Below are positions 1 through 9,074 of a DNA stretch of 64,000 nucleotides, piece after piece (position 1 is the stretch's first letter; each line of letters starts with the position of its first letter). The notes beneath the pieces are model-generated. The model searched no databases and was not told where the DNA came from. It saw only the letters and a program-made list of their open reading frames with translations. The stretch is from positions 32,001 through 96,000 of IMG/VR virus record IMGVR_UViG_3300023174_000050; one strand, written 5' to 3'. The translations under genes and the position numbers were made by a program. The DNA comes from a virus.

Positions 1-50
1 AGGATTCATAGCACAGGCATCGTTGATGGCGTTGGTATTATTCAAATAAT

Positions 51-263
51 ATGAGCAAACTTGCATTATATGGTAGGCCATACGTGGTTTTTGATGCAAA
101 AAACAAAGATCATAGACGATGGTTCGCTGATTTTAACAAAAGCCAAACGTGGTCTCATTGCCCAGTTAGATTTGTAATTGATCATGACCATGGTGATCTT
201 GTAACTATGATTCAAAGAAATCTAATTCAATATTATGTTGACAGAGAATTTAAGACAGGTTGA
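51..263 (+). CDS. hypothetical protein
   Basis: 70 aa ORF ending in the next promoter; no recognisable motif. Confidence 0.6.
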   Translation: MSKLALYGRPYVVFDAKNKDHRRWFADFNKSQTWSHCPVRFVIDHDHGDLVTMIQRNLIQYYVDREFKTG

Positions 264-288
264 CACCTAATCGAAAAGGTGTTATAAT
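260..288 (+). promoter_or_regulatory. sigma70-type early promoter
   Basis: TTGACA 260-265, 17-nt spacer, TATAAT 283-288; ATG at 295. Confidence 0.85.
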
Positions 289-294
289 TAGAGT

Positions 295-1158
295 ATGAAA
301 ATTGCACTTACATCAGACATTCATCTAGAGTTCGAAGAATGGGTTCCAGTTAATCCAGAGAATGCCGACGTCTTAATTTTATCTGGCGACATTTGTCTTG
401 TTAAGGACATTCGAGACAGAGATCTTTATGGTGTCATGGATCGGTTTGATCGTTCCAATATGCTACACAGATTCTTCTCTGGTTGTTGCGAAACATATAA
501 GAATGTTATTTATATCATGGGCAACCATGAGCATTATCACGGGGACTTTGCTGAGTCTTATAAATTACTAAAAGATAAATTAGGTTATTTGAAAAACCTT
601 CATATCTTAGAAAAAGAGATTGTAAAAATTGATGATGTGACATTCATCGGTGGCACTCTTTGGACAGATATGAATAAGGAAGATCCTATTACACTAATGC
701 ACATGAAAGGTATGATGAATGACTTTCGATGTGTTCTTAATGGTAATCGTGTAGTAATCTTTAAAGATGAAGATGGAAAGTTTCATAAACGTAATGCTCG
801 TTTCACACCAGAGGATGCGGTGTTAGAACATAAGAATATGGTGGCATATATCAAAGAAATCGTATCAGAGAAACACGATCAAAAGTTTGTTGTAGTTGGA
901 CATCATGCACCTAGCAGGCAAAGCACACATCCAAAGTATAAAGATGAGACTATCATGAACGGTGGTTATTCATCTGACTTATCAGACTTTATTTTAGATA
1001 GACCACAGATCAAAGCATGGACACATGGTCATACTCATGAATTGTTTAATTATATGATTGGCAGTACCAGAGTAATGTGCAATCCTCGCGGGTATGTTCA
1101 TTATGAAAGAGATACTGACGAGAAACAACCGTATTTGCCATTCGTGTTTGAAGTATGA
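295..1158 (+). CDS. calcineurin-like metallophosphoesterase
   Basis: DIHLE, GDI, GNHE, HH and GHTH metal-binding motifs in canonical order. Confidence 0.85.
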   Translation: MKIALTSDIHLEFEEWVPVNPENADVLILSGDICLVKDIRDRDLYGVMDRFDRSNMLHRFFSGCCETYKNVIYIMGNHEHYHGDFAESYKLLKDKLGYLKNLHILEKEIVKIDDVTFIGGTLWTDMNKEDPITLMHMKGMMNDFRCVLNGNRVVIFKDEDGKFHKRNARFTPEDAVLEHKNMVAYIKEIVSEKHDQKFVVVGHHAPSRQSTHPKYKDETIMNGGYSSDLSDFILDRPQIKAWTHGHTHELFNYMIGSTRVMCNPRGYVHYERDTDEKQPYLPFVFEV

Positions 1159-1298
1159 CAGACGACGAATGGAATCAAGTATATGAGGGGATGGTTGTCC
1201 GTTGGGGCAATCGTCTTCCCTCTATTGACAATGAACCAATTAGATTTAAATACTATTTAGATCTGTATCTATACTATAGAAAAAGAGGTATGTTATGA
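1155..1298 (+). CDS. small hypothetical protein (47 aa, not in ORF track)
   Basis: ATGA overlaps with both neighbours; MTDDEWNQVYEGMVVRWG... Confidence 0.55.
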   Translation: MTDDEWNQVYEGMVVRWGNRLPSIDNEPIRFKYYLDLYLYYRKRGML

Positions 1299-1513
1299 GC
1301 ATTGATGTAAAAGCCATGATGAATAGAGTTAAACAAATGACCTATCATGAGGTTACGATAGAGTTATATGAACCATTACATTTTGACGGTTCACCTGCAC
1401 CATTTGATATGACTATCAATGGCGACATGCTAACAGCAAATATACTTGCAGAATCATATAATAAAGCAGAACAAGTTTTGCAAGATTATGTACGGAGGAA
1501 TGATGTTCTTTAA
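1295..1513 (+). CDS. hypothetical protein
   Basis: Coupled ORF with AGAGG RBS. Confidence 0.6.
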   Translation: MSIDVKAMMNRVKQMTYHEVTIELYEPLHFDGSPAPFDMTINGDMLTANILAESYNKAEQVLQDYVRRNDVL

Positions 1514-1715
1514 GCAAGTAGACAAAACTGATGTATTATTCGAAAAATTTAGTAGTAAACCGTATGATACTACTCTGTCTTGGACAACCAATCGAAAATT
1601 CAAATTGGATCCGCTCTACTCGAAAAAAACATATACTTATGAGAATGAGCCAATTGACATAGAAAAACCCTTTAAACTATGGGAAATTCCGCAAGATAAA
1701 GTGCTTGACAAGTGA
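1500..1715 (+). CDS. hypothetical protein
   Basis: GGAGG precedes ATG at 1500/1503; track start 1446 probably too far upstream. Confidence 0.5.
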   Translation: MMFFKQVDKTDVLFEKFSSKPYDTTLSWTTNRKFKLDPLYSKKTYTYENEPIDIEKPFKLWEIPQDKVLDK

Positions 1716-1733
1716 TGCAAAAGGCTTTATAAT
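1705..1733 (+). promoter_or_regulatory. sigma70-type early promoter
   Basis: TTGACA-N17-TATAAT. Confidence 0.85.
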
Positions 1734-1761
1734 ATAGACATAGTAATGTAAAGGAATTGGT

Positions 1762-2001
1762 ATGAACAACATTCAAATTGACGGTTTGACGCAAGACCAA
1801 TGTGATATGCTCGATGTCATGTGGACTCTTGATTCTGAAGAAGAATTTTTAGAATGGTATGAGAATATACTATCACCCAAGGAACAGTTGCAGTGTGATT
1901 TACTACAAAGACTAGTTCTTTTAGAGACCTTTGATGAACAGATGTCCCATGAAAAGAAATTCCCTAAAGCAAATGATGTGTTAAGAAAGTTTAGAAAATG
2001 A
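1762..2001 (+). CDS. hypothetical protein
   Basis: AAGGA RBS, first gene after promoter. Confidence 0.65.
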   Translation: MNNIQIDGLTQDQCDMLDVMWTLDSEEEFLEWYENILSPKEQLQCDLLQRLVLLETFDEQMSHEKKFPKANDVLRKFRK

Positions 2002-2231
2002 TACTTGATAAAGCCTACACACCATACAAAGAAGTTAAATCAATAGAATTGACTTATGACCAGGTTGATGCCATCATAATTGAAGATTTACAGGAAGCAA
2101 TAGAAATGAATTGGAATGATTCAGATTTACGACCTGCTTTGATAAAAGTCTTAAGTTATTATATGAATCCCCATGAATTCAAATACTATAACCAACATAT
2201 AAATGACAGACGCAGCCACAAAGATAACTAA
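1998..2231 (+). CDS. hypothetical protein
   Basis: ATGA-coupled ORF. Confidence 0.6.
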   Translation: MILDKAYTPYKEVKSIELTYDQVDAIIIEDLQEAIEMNWNDSDLRPALIKVLSYYMNPHEFKYYNQHINDRRSHKDN

Positions 2232-2439
2232 AGACGGATACTATCAAATTAGTGTCAGACTAGCCGATGGTTTTAGATTCAAGATTCCTGCTAGGGGATT
2301 TAACTTGAAATCATTACTCGAGTTTGAGCAGTCTTTAGACTCTGTCAAAGAACATTCATTTAAAGAAATTACCAAAAAAGAATTTGAAAAAATGACTATT
2401 GGTACTGAGGAAAAACAGGCATACAGGAAAAGAAAATGA
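2203..2439 (+). CDS. hypothetical protein
   Basis: Overlapping ORF in packed cluster. Confidence 0.55.
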   Translation: MTDAATKITKDGYYQISVRLADGFRFKIPARGFNLKSLLEFEQSLDSVKEHSFKEITKKEFEKMTIGTEEKQAYRKRK

Positions 2440-2693
2440 GTACGGATCAGGACAAAATAAAGCATAGTTCCAGATTACATCAGGAAGAAGTGCATATTAA
2501 GAAACAGGTAAAGATTGCCAAATCAGCCGGCATACATGTAGATGAACCGCATAAGTTTGCTAAGCATCACGCAATGGATTGTGGTAATCCTAAATGTCCA
2601 GTATGTAGTAACCCTAGAAAATTGTACAAAGAATTAAGTATTCAAGAAAAACGATTCTTTCAGCCTGGGTTACAAGAAGAAGGTAACGACTAA
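2436..2693 (+). CDS. small putative Zn-binding protein
   Basis: HH...CGNPKCPVC motif. Confidence 0.55.
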   Translation: MSTDQDKIKHSSRLHQEEVHIKKQVKIAKSAGIHVDEPHKFAKHHAMDCGNPKCPVCSNPRKLYKELSIQEKRFFQPGLQEEGND

Positions 2694-3029
2694 ATGGCAA
2701 TAGTAAAAACATTTGATGTCAACACAATGCCAATACCTTCCTTTGATATTGAAGATATTAGATTTAGTGCGAAAGATTATGCCATTGGCGGAAAAATGGT
2801 GGATGCAGCATATTCTGTATCTTATCTCGACGCAATGGCATGGAAACCAAATTTTGAGGATTATGTTAAAGAACAACTTGCGCAACAGATGGCAAGGTAT
2901 ATGTTAAATAATAAGTTAATTGAATTTACGAAAAAATCAAACCCAAACAGTGATGATATTACCTATAGAGCACGTTGCTATTTGACAACAGATGATACTG
3001 TCAAAATACTTAGAGTACATGAAAGATGA
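2694..3029 (+). CDS. hypothetical protein
   Basis: Abuts previous stop. Confidence 0.6.
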   Translation: MAIVKTFDVNTMPIPSFDIEDIRFSAKDYAIGGKMVDAAYSVSYLDAMAWKPNFEDYVKEQLAQQMARYMLNNKLIEFTKKSNPNSDDITYRARCYLTTDDTVKILRVHER

Positions 3030-3244
3030 GATACTGGTCTTATTCTGAACCTGATATAGATGTATCGGTCACCCTATCAGAAAACGCAATATTAACTTCA
3101 TACTTTCCAAAATGGTATGAATTAATGGCAAAGGCAGGCAAAGATATACCGGCAGATGCTAGGATAACTGAAAGAATGTGTATTGATGATTGGATTGCAG
3201 TACACTGGGCTTATGAAACTGATAAGTTTGGAACACCGATCTAA
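3026..3244 (+). CDS. hypothetical protein
   Basis: ATGA-coupled ORF. Confidence 0.6.
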   Translation: MRYWSYSEPDIDVSVTLSENAILTSYFPKWYELMAKAGKDIPADARITERMCIDDWIAVHWAYETDKFGTPI

Positions 3245-3317
3245 AAGGTAAAACCTTTTTATTAACCTTACGCTCTGAAGGGTTATACTTGACATTTTAG
3301 CCAAAAGGCTATATAAT
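3242..3317 (+). promoter_or_regulatory. promoter cassette: hairpin, inverted repeat, sigma70 promoter
   Basis: AAAAGGT-AAA-ACCTTTT hairpin 3243-3259; TAACCTT-N9-AGGGTTA 3263-3285; TTGACA 3289-3294; TATAAT 3312-3317. Confidence 0.8.
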
Positions 3318-3323
3318 AATGAC

Positions 3324-3629
3324 ATGAACAGAAAAAAGAGATCCGATCGTAGACATATCGTATACAGCATCACAAATGCTGTTAACGGTGAGTACTATAT
3401 AGGCATTACACAAGGCTTTCGTCAGAAAGACCTCAAAATCCGCATACAAAAGCACATTCGCAGAGCATTGACTGAGGGTAAGTCCTGGGCTTTATGCTGC
3501 GCTATAAGGTCCTACGGGGTCGAGGTGTTTGTCCCACAGATCATTGAGGTCGTCAGGGGCAAAAATGCTGCTCACATGCTAGAACGCGAGTTAATTGGTG
3601 AGTACTCACCAACATTGAACACACAGTAA
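3324..3629 (+). CDS. minimal GIY-YIG endonuclease-like protein
   Basis: IVYSITN-x6-YIGIT, downstream R..KH and E of the GIY-YIG core; only 101 aa. Confidence 0.7.
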   Translation: MNRKKRSDRRHIVYSITNAVNGEYYIGITQGFRQKDLKIRIQKHIRRALTEGKSWALCCAIRSYGVEVFVPQIIEVVRGKNAAHMLERELIGEYSPTLNTQ

Positions 3630-3682
3630 CCCTACAGAGCGTATGGTTTTAGGTTGTGTCTTTTTTCGAACGGTGTTATAAT
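3627..3682 (+). promoter_or_regulatory. early promoter with degenerate -35 and inverted repeat
   Basis: TAACCCT-N9-ATGGTTT 3627-3649; TTGTGT 3654-3659; GGTGT-TATAAT 3677-3682. Confidence 0.65.
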
Positions 3683-3712
3683 AAGCACATAGCAACAAAG
3701 AAAGGATCAAAG

Positions 3713-3919
3713 ATGATTGACAAAGAACTCCCAGAAGTATCAAGAGATATAGCCCGCAAATTGTCAGAGGATGCGATGGCTAGGTTTTTAGCACAAGGCG
3801 GATCGGTTGAACAACTTAAGGGTCGTAAGAATCCCAAAGGTCAGACTGCCAATGGTAAGAACAAGGGTGGCGGCAAGATCATGCATGACCCGACTGCTCG
3901 ATTTCCTAAGAAGGATTAA
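3713..3919 (+). CDS. small basic hypothetical protein
   Basis: AAGGA RBS before ATG 3713. Confidence 0.55.
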   Translation: MIDKELPEVSRDIARKLSEDAMARFLAQGGSVEQLKGRKNPKGQTANGKNKGGGKIMHDPTARFPKKD

Positions 3920-3920
3920 A

Positions 3921-4190
3921 ATGCGCACAAAGACTTTCATCGATGGTTTTAAGAACTCACAAAAAATACGTGTGATAATTGATGGGTTTGGAATCTATAC
4001 AACTGTGGGTGGCGTTGGTAGTGTGTTTGCTACTCATAGTCTTCGGCAGGCTGCGTGTGATGGTGTTCTGCGTTTATCGTATTTGCGATATGAGGCAAAG
4101 AGAAAAGGTGAGGCGTTACCTACAGGTTGTGGTATGACCAGTTATAATACGACTCAAATAGGTAAGCAAGTTCAAGTTGATTTAATTTAA
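3921..4190 (+). CDS. hypothetical protein
   Basis: AAGGA RBS before ATG 3921. Confidence 0.6.
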   Translation: MRTKTFIDGFKNSQKIRVIIDGFGIYTTVGGVGSVFATHSLRQAACDGVLRLSYLRYEAKRKGEALPTGCGMTSYNTTQIGKQVQVDLI

Positions 4191-4200
4191 GGAGCAAACT

Positions 4201-4368
4201 ATGAGTAAAATGTCAGAATTAGATGCAGAGATTAATGATCTGCTTAGCAGTACAAATCTTATGATTGATGAGATTGCAGCAGTTTTAGATATTCCCGTAA
4301 CTATGGTTGAGAATGTTGTAGCATATCGTTGGCAGCGTATTGTCGAATCTGTCGGAGAGACTTCTTGA
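4201..4368 (+). CDS. small possible HTH-like protein (55 aa, not in ORF track)
   Basis: AAGGAG RBS; MSKMSELDAEINDLL...IDEIAAVLDIPVTMVENVV. Confidence 0.55.
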   Translation: MSKMSELDAEINDLLSSTNLMIDEIAAVLDIPVTMVENVVAYRWQRIVESVGETS

Positions 4369-4598
4369 ACAGATTGGATATTGTAAAACTAGCATCGAGT
4401 GTGGGTGCCGAGGTCGAAGGACCAAACTGGGTATTTACATTAGATCAGCTAGAAGAGTATACCAAACAGGCTCAACCTAAACCTTTGGATATGCATCGCA
4501 TTGATGAATATCTTCCAGCCTGGGCATATCTCGAATTGACTTCGGGTATGCGTGAAGAAATTGTTCAAGTAATTCAGAAACAACTTGGAGTTATATAA
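4329..4598 (+). CDS. hypothetical protein (start uncertain)
   Basis: ORF filling packed cluster. Confidence 0.45.
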   Translation: MAAYCRICRRDFLNRLDIVKLASSVGAEVEGPNWVFTLDQLEEYTKQAQPKPLDMHRIDEYLPAWAYLELTSGMREEIVQVIQKQLGVI

Positions 4599-4599
4599 T

Positions 4600-5007
4600 A
4601 TGATGCCAGCAGGAAAATATTATATTGGCGACTTATGCCATATAATGACAGATAGCGAATGGCTCGAAATATGTGAGCTTACTATTCAAGGTAGTCGAGT
4701 CATTGACGGCGAATTCCAATTAAAAGATGGTCGTAAATTTGCAATGTACAGTACAGCGTACGGCGACGGTGTGTACTATGATTATTATGGTCATTCGTAT
4801 AGCGTAGACTCAGGGTCGATTGGTTGCATTCGAGAAAAAGATGTTAATTATGTTGACAATTTTACTCAATTTTTGGATGTAGGTTCTATTCTTGAATTTG
4901 ATACAGATTTTGTAACAGGTGGTGGTCGAGGTACACCTGATTGGGAAGGAACAATTCAGTTTGGCCATGTGGTAATTGAGACAAATCCAGTTGAAGAGGA
5001 GTATTGA
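4600..5007 (+). CDS. phage hypothetical protein
   Basis: GKYYIGDLC...TAYGDG.Y...VDSGSIG pattern recalled from phage proteins. Confidence 0.65.
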   Translation: MMPAGKYYIGDLCHIMTDSEWLEICELTIQGSRVIDGEFQLKDGRKFAMYSTAYGDGVYYDYYGHSYSVDSGSIGCIREKDVNYVDNFTQFLDVGSILEFDTDFVTGGGRGTPDWEGTIQFGHVVIETNPVEEEY

Positions 5008-5008
5008 T

Positions 5009-5401
5009 ATGGGTTTAGATATGTATGCTTTTCGTGTTAGGACAGAAGATGCACTTGGCGATTTTGAGATTGCTAAGACTGCAGATGAAAAGAGAGTAGA
5101 GTGTGAGGAAATCATGTACTGGCGCAAGCATCACGATTTGCATGGCTGGATGGAACGTTTGTATCGTGAAAAGGGCGGAACCAAAGAATCATTCAATTGT
5201 GTACCCGTTCGTCTGACAATGGAAGATTTACAAAATCTTGAAAAAGATGTGCTAGCTGATAATCTACCGCAGACACAAGGGTTCTTCTTTGGTACTAATC
5301 CTCCAGATGCAGAGTCAATGCAGCATGACATGGATTTTATCAGCAAAGCCAAGGTAGCTATTGCAACAGGCGATGCTGTTTATTACGACTCATGGTGGTA
5401 A
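5009..5401 (+). CDS. phage hypothetical protein
   Basis: MGLDMY...YWRK...GFFFG...YDSWW, recalled widespread phage family of unknown function. Confidence 0.7.
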   Translation: MGLDMYAFRVRTEDALGDFEIAKTADEKRVECEEIMYWRKHHDLHGWMERLYREKGGTKESFNCVPVRLTMEDLQNLEKDVLADNLPQTQGFFFGTNPPDAESMQHDMDFISKAKVAIATGDAVYYDSWW

Positions 5402-5507
5402 TATGATTAGATCTTTGATGTGGATATTTGTATACTTGTGCCTTCTATGTGCATTTTCAATAGAAGCAGAGTATACTGACGGCACCTATATCTCCCTACG
5501 AGGTTGG

Positions 5508-5515
5508 TATAAATA
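5508..5515 (+). promoter_or_regulatory. T4-type late promoter
   Basis: Exact TATAAATA upstream of ORF 5533. Confidence 0.6.
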
Positions 5516-5532
5516 ACTAAAAAGGTTTTGAC

Positions 5533-5733
5533 ATGAGAATTCATTCCGCAGAAGTTGTCCCCACCATTAATCTTGTAACTGAGCTTAGACGTACAGATGC
5601 AGATTCTTTACCTCAAAGAGTAGAAGTGAAAAATACGCAATTTGTCGCGACAGTTGCAGACATCATTTATACACAAAGAGCCTTCATACAGGCCATTAAA
5701 GTCAAGGGATCTCAGCTCGACGTCACCCTTTAA
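5533..5733 (+). CDS. hypothetical protein
   Basis: AAGG RBS after late promoter. Confidence 0.55.
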   Translation: MRIHSAEVVPTINLVTELRRTDADSLPQRVEVKNTQFVATVADIIYTQRAFIQAIKVKGSQLDVTL

Positions 5734-5815
5734 AAGGTAAAACCTTTTTATTACCTTTAATAACCACACACTCAATAAGGTTTTCCTTGACAGGGTCTCC
5801 AAAAGCAATTATAAT
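5731..5815 (+). promoter_or_regulatory. promoter cassette: hairpin, inverted repeat, sigma70 promoter
   Basis: 23-nt copy of 3242-3264 at 5731-5753; TAACCAC-N9-AAGGTTT 5761-5783; TTGACA 5787-5792; TATAAT 5810-5815. Confidence 0.8.
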
Positions 5816-5821
5816 TATGGC

Positions 5822-6157
5822 ATGAACAGCAAAAAGGAACAGATGATGAAATTGCATATTTGGACTCAGGATCAAGAGAACTACGGTGCTCATGATTGGG
5901 ACGGCAAAGGTGAATGCCCTGAGTATTGGAAGATGAAAGGCGGCGAAGACTTTTTCGTCAAAGGCATTAAGAACGATACTGAGGCCACTACAGCAGTCAT
6001 GGCTCTCCGTAGCTCTATCGAAGAGAACAGCCAATATTTCCGTCGAGAGGTAATCGGATGGGAATTGGTTTCTAACGACTATATGACAGACTTTGAAAAG
6101 TCTCAGTTTGAGCATGAAGGTCAGATCAGATTCAAAGCAAAGGAATTGGTATGGTAA
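5822..6157 (+). CDS. phage hypothetical protein
   Basis: TQDQENYGAHDWDG.GECP.YWK.KGG. Confidence 0.65.
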   Translation: MNSKKEQMMKLHIWTQDQENYGAHDWDGKGECPEYWKMKGGEDFFVKGIKNDTEATTAVMALRSSIEENSQYFRREVIGWELVSNDYMTDFEKSQFEHEGQIRFKAKELVW

Positions 6158-6363
6158 TTGATTATGGAATGTTTACTGCGGATGGCAACAACCGCGTACA
6201 TAAGATTGTAGAGTTTGCCAAAGACAGTCTATTGGATTGGCAAGATGCCTATCAGATGCTAGAGGCATTGTCAAAGAAGGAAGGTTTCGAAGAAGCAACA
6301 GACACAATGGTTCGTGAACTGGTTTACGATGCTTGTGAGTTTACATCAGATTTTTACATTTAA
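6151..6363 (+). CDS. hypothetical protein
   Basis: AAGGA RBS, coupled. Confidence 0.6.
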   Translation: MVIDYGMFTADGNNRVHKIVEFAKDSLLDWQDAYQMLEALSKKEGFEEATDTMVRELVYDACEFTSDFYI

Positions 6364-6374
6364 GGAGTTAGTAT

Positions 6375-6721
6375 ATGAATACGGAAAACGATTTTTTGGT
6401 TGCGGTTATAGGTTTTGTAGTGTTTTTTGGTATGTTTTTCGGCGTGATGGCATATTGCGAAACCGCAAAAGCAGATTGTAGAACTGCTGCAATACAAAAG
6501 GGAATGACTGCGATAGAGATTCAAGGTGTGTGCAAATGAGCAAGTTTGAAGCAATGGCATTGAGTGTGGCGTTTGCAGTTATAGTTGTCTTAGTTGCACC
6601 AATAGCCACAATATGGGCATTGAACACTTTATTTCCCAGTTTGGCTATACCACTTACATTTGAAACATGGGGTGCTGTTGTAATTTTATTCGGTGCCGGC
6701 AAGGCATCTATTACTAAATGA
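6375..6721 (+). CDS. two small membrane proteins (6375-6539 and 6536-6721)
   Basis: Hydrophobic helices; AAGGAG RBS; ATGA overlap. Confidence 0.5.
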
Positions 6722-6987
6722 ACAACGAACTAGAGCCAGGATGCTTGGCTATCATTATCGAATCAGTATTTGGACAATCGGTTGGTCAAATAGTACAATG
6801 TATTCGAGTAAAGGGCCAGCATTCGCTATATGGCCCAGTATGGTTAGTCAGATCACAGAATGAGCTGGTGTCCGAGTATGGCGGCAAAGGCCATACCATA
6901 GATGTACCTGCAAAATGGTTAAAGAAGATTAATCCAGATGATTTGGAAAGAAAGACTGACAAAAATATAGAACTTACCACGGAGTAA
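6718..6987 (+). CDS. hypothetical protein
   Basis: Coupled ORF. Confidence 0.6.
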   Translation: MNNELEPGCLAIIIESVFGQSVGQIVQCIRVKGQHSLYGPVWLVRSQNELVSEYGGKGHTIDVPAKWLKKINPDDLERKTDKNIELTTE

Positions 6988-6989
6988 AA

Positions 6990-7220
6990 ATGGATATCGA
7001 CACTTTTATAGATAGTAATAGTTTTAACGTACAGTTTCAGTTCCCTAATCATGATTTAACTGAAGAAGATCATTACATAGAGTATCCTAAGATGTTTTCT
7101 GAGAACATTGTATATGATACTATCAATAGGGATCTTGAAACAGTATATGTGTATATGAAAGACGGTGAACCTGTAGCATGGTTTAACTGTAAGCAATTGT
7201 ATGGCTACATCAAAGTATAA
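6990..7220 (+). CDS. hypothetical protein
   Basis: GGAG RBS. Confidence 0.6.
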   Translation: MDIDTFIDSNSFNVQFQFPNHDLTEEDHYIEYPKMFSENIVYDTINRDLETVYVYMKDGEPVAWFNCKQLYGYIKV

Positions 7221-7389
7221 GTCAGAAGATCTACATCTGGGTGTTCCCGAGGTTCACCCATATAGTAATGTTCCGAAATCTCATCCAAAAGGAGGACTGG
7301 AAATGTTTTTAGATTTTTTAGTGGTATTGTTAACTATAGGTGTCTGTTGGTTAATAGCAGAAGTTATAGTTTGGTTAATATTTAATTAG
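7201..7389 (+). CDS. small membrane protein
   Basis: C-terminal hydrophobic helix. Confidence 0.5.
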   Translation: MATSKYKSEDLHLGVPEVHPYSNVPKSHPKGGLEMFLDFLVVLLTIGVCWLIAEVIVWLIFN

Positions 7390-7458
7390 AAAGCGAAAAC
7401 CATGAGAAAGCGTGAGATTATGAAAAGGATTCGTTTTGAGTGGATTCGAAAATTGTGC

Positions 7459-7487
7459 TTGACTTCTAAATCAAAAGGCATTATAAT
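7459..7487 (+). promoter_or_regulatory. sigma70-type early promoter
   Basis: TTGACT-N17-TATAAT. Confidence 0.8.
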
Positions 7488-7513
7488 TAAGATCTAGTAA
7501 CTCGGAGAATACT

Positions 7514-7912
7514 ATGCAGACACAGCAACAACACTTTCAGTATATGTTTTCAGCTATCAACAAAGTATATGACAAGTACTCTGATGATGCAGATGTGAAG
7601 CATTTGTACTATGCATTCAATAAACTTCAGACCAACACAAACGAGGGCAACATTGTGCATCAAATAACTGACAAAGAATCTGAGAAAATTAACAACACTA
7701 AAGTTTATACTATAGACTACAGTGATCGTGAGTATTCTGATGAGTTAGAAGTGTTAGCTGAACTGGCTATTTTTAACGAGACACAGTTTTATGCATCGCG
7801 TGATCTAGGTGGCTTAACTGTTTACTATGCTAAGCCAGAAAATAACGAGCCAGCTAAGCTAGTAGCATTCTATGACTATGAGCAACAACGTGGAACAGTT
7901 TTTGAAGATTGA
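7514..7912 (+). CDS. hypothetical protein
   Basis: GGAG RBS after promoter. Confidence 0.65.
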   Translation: MQTQQQHFQYMFSAINKVYDKYSDDADVKHLYYAFNKLQTNTNEGNIVHQITDKESEKINNTKVYTIDYSDREYSDELEVLAELAIFNETQFYASRDLGGLTVYYAKPENNEPAKLVAFYDYEQQRGTVFED

Positions 7913-8199
7913 TAATGAAAGTAATAATCAATAAATGTTATGGTGGATTTGGTCTTAGTAAAGAAGCTGAGAACAAATACAAGGAACTAGCTGGTATCTC
8001 AGATCCAAACTTTTACGACCGTAGCATTGCAAGAGACGATGCGCATTTGATTGCGCTGGTTGAGCTGATGGGATCAGAGGCCAGCGGTAGGTATGCTGAC
8101 TTAAGGATTGTGGAAATTCCAGATGACATTAAGTGGTACATCGAGGAATATGATGGATTGGAATGGGTGGCAGAAACACATAGGACTTGGGGTCAATAA
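7909..8199 (+). CDS. phage hypothetical protein
   Basis: VIINKCYGGFGLS...VEIP...I.EYDGLEWVAE recalled phage family. Confidence 0.7.
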   Translation: MIMKVIINKCYGGFGLSKEAENKYKELAGISDPNFYDRSIARDDAHLIALVELMGSEASGRYADLRIVEIPDDIKWYIEEYDGLEWVAETHRTWGQ

Positions 8200-8381
8200 T
8201 GAACACCATTGTATTTGTTTTGATTGTGTTAAACAGTAATGGGCATTTTACCAATACAGTGATTCCCACAATGGAATTTAATACCTTTGAAAAATGTGAA
8301 CAGGCTATTCGTGCATTTGAAACAGATGCAAAGGGTAAAAAAGGATATGTGGATATGCGATGTGTAAGGATTGAAAAATGA
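8199..8381 (+). CDS. small hypothetical protein
   Basis: Coupled ORF with two Cys. Confidence 0.5.
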   Translation: MNTIVFVLIVLNSNGHFTNTVIPTMEFNTFEKCEQAIRAFETDAKGKKGYVDMRCVRIEK

Positions 8382-8504
8382 AAAAATATTTGGACCCGGA
8401 TTTTATTATAATGTTTTTATGGTTTATTATACTACAGCCTTTGATATTCTTTTTGTCTATGGGTGTCTTCTTATCAGCAGTGTACCAAAGCATTTGGGGA
8501 TAAT

Positions 8505-8711
8505 ATGAACAATCGAATCAAAGAACTTGAAAAACAATGCTGGAGTCATCGTGTTGACGGAGTTCTGGTAGACGGACATTTGCATTTTGATACGCAAAAG
8601 TTTGCCGAGTTGATTGTAAAGGAATGTGCTCTTACCGCAGGTTTGATGGAGCATGAAGGTCGCAAAGGTATCGGCGCACAAATATTAGATAATTTTGGAG
8701 TTGAAGAATGA
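8505..8711 (+). CDS. small phage protein, paralogue 1
   Basis: MNNRIKEL...KFAELIVKEC...FGVE. Confidence 0.65.
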   Translation: MNNRIKELEKQCWSHRVDGVLVDGHLHFDTQKFAELIVKECALTAGLMEHEGRKGIGAQILDNFGVEE

Positions 8712-8908
8712 ACGAGCGCATTAGATCCCTTGCAAGACAAAGCCATTTAGATGTATATGGACTTGGTCTAGATAAAGTCAAATGGGAAGCTGTCCTAGGA
8801 CAGTTCGCCGAGTCAATTGTCAGGGAATGTGCTGATATAGCAACAATGAATCAATATCAGCCTTTGACTGCTGGTACATATGTTCTTAAACATTTTGGAG
8901 TTGAATAA
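8708..8908 (+). CDS. small phage protein, paralogue 2
   Basis: MNERIRSL...QFAESIVREC...HFGVE. Confidence 0.65.
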   Translation: MNERIRSLARQSHLDVYGLGLDKVKWEAVLGQFAESIVRECADIATMNQYQPLTAGTYVLKHFGVE

Positions 8909-9074
8909 TGTGGTCATTAATTATAGCGTTTATGATAGATACAGTCCCCGTTGAAGCACGGTACATTCAGTTGGCTGAAATGAAGACATATCAAGAGTGT
9001 AAAGATCTATCTAATATACTTAGGAAACATGGGCTCAACGGTGATACCTTTCTATTCTGTGTGGAGAAACAATA

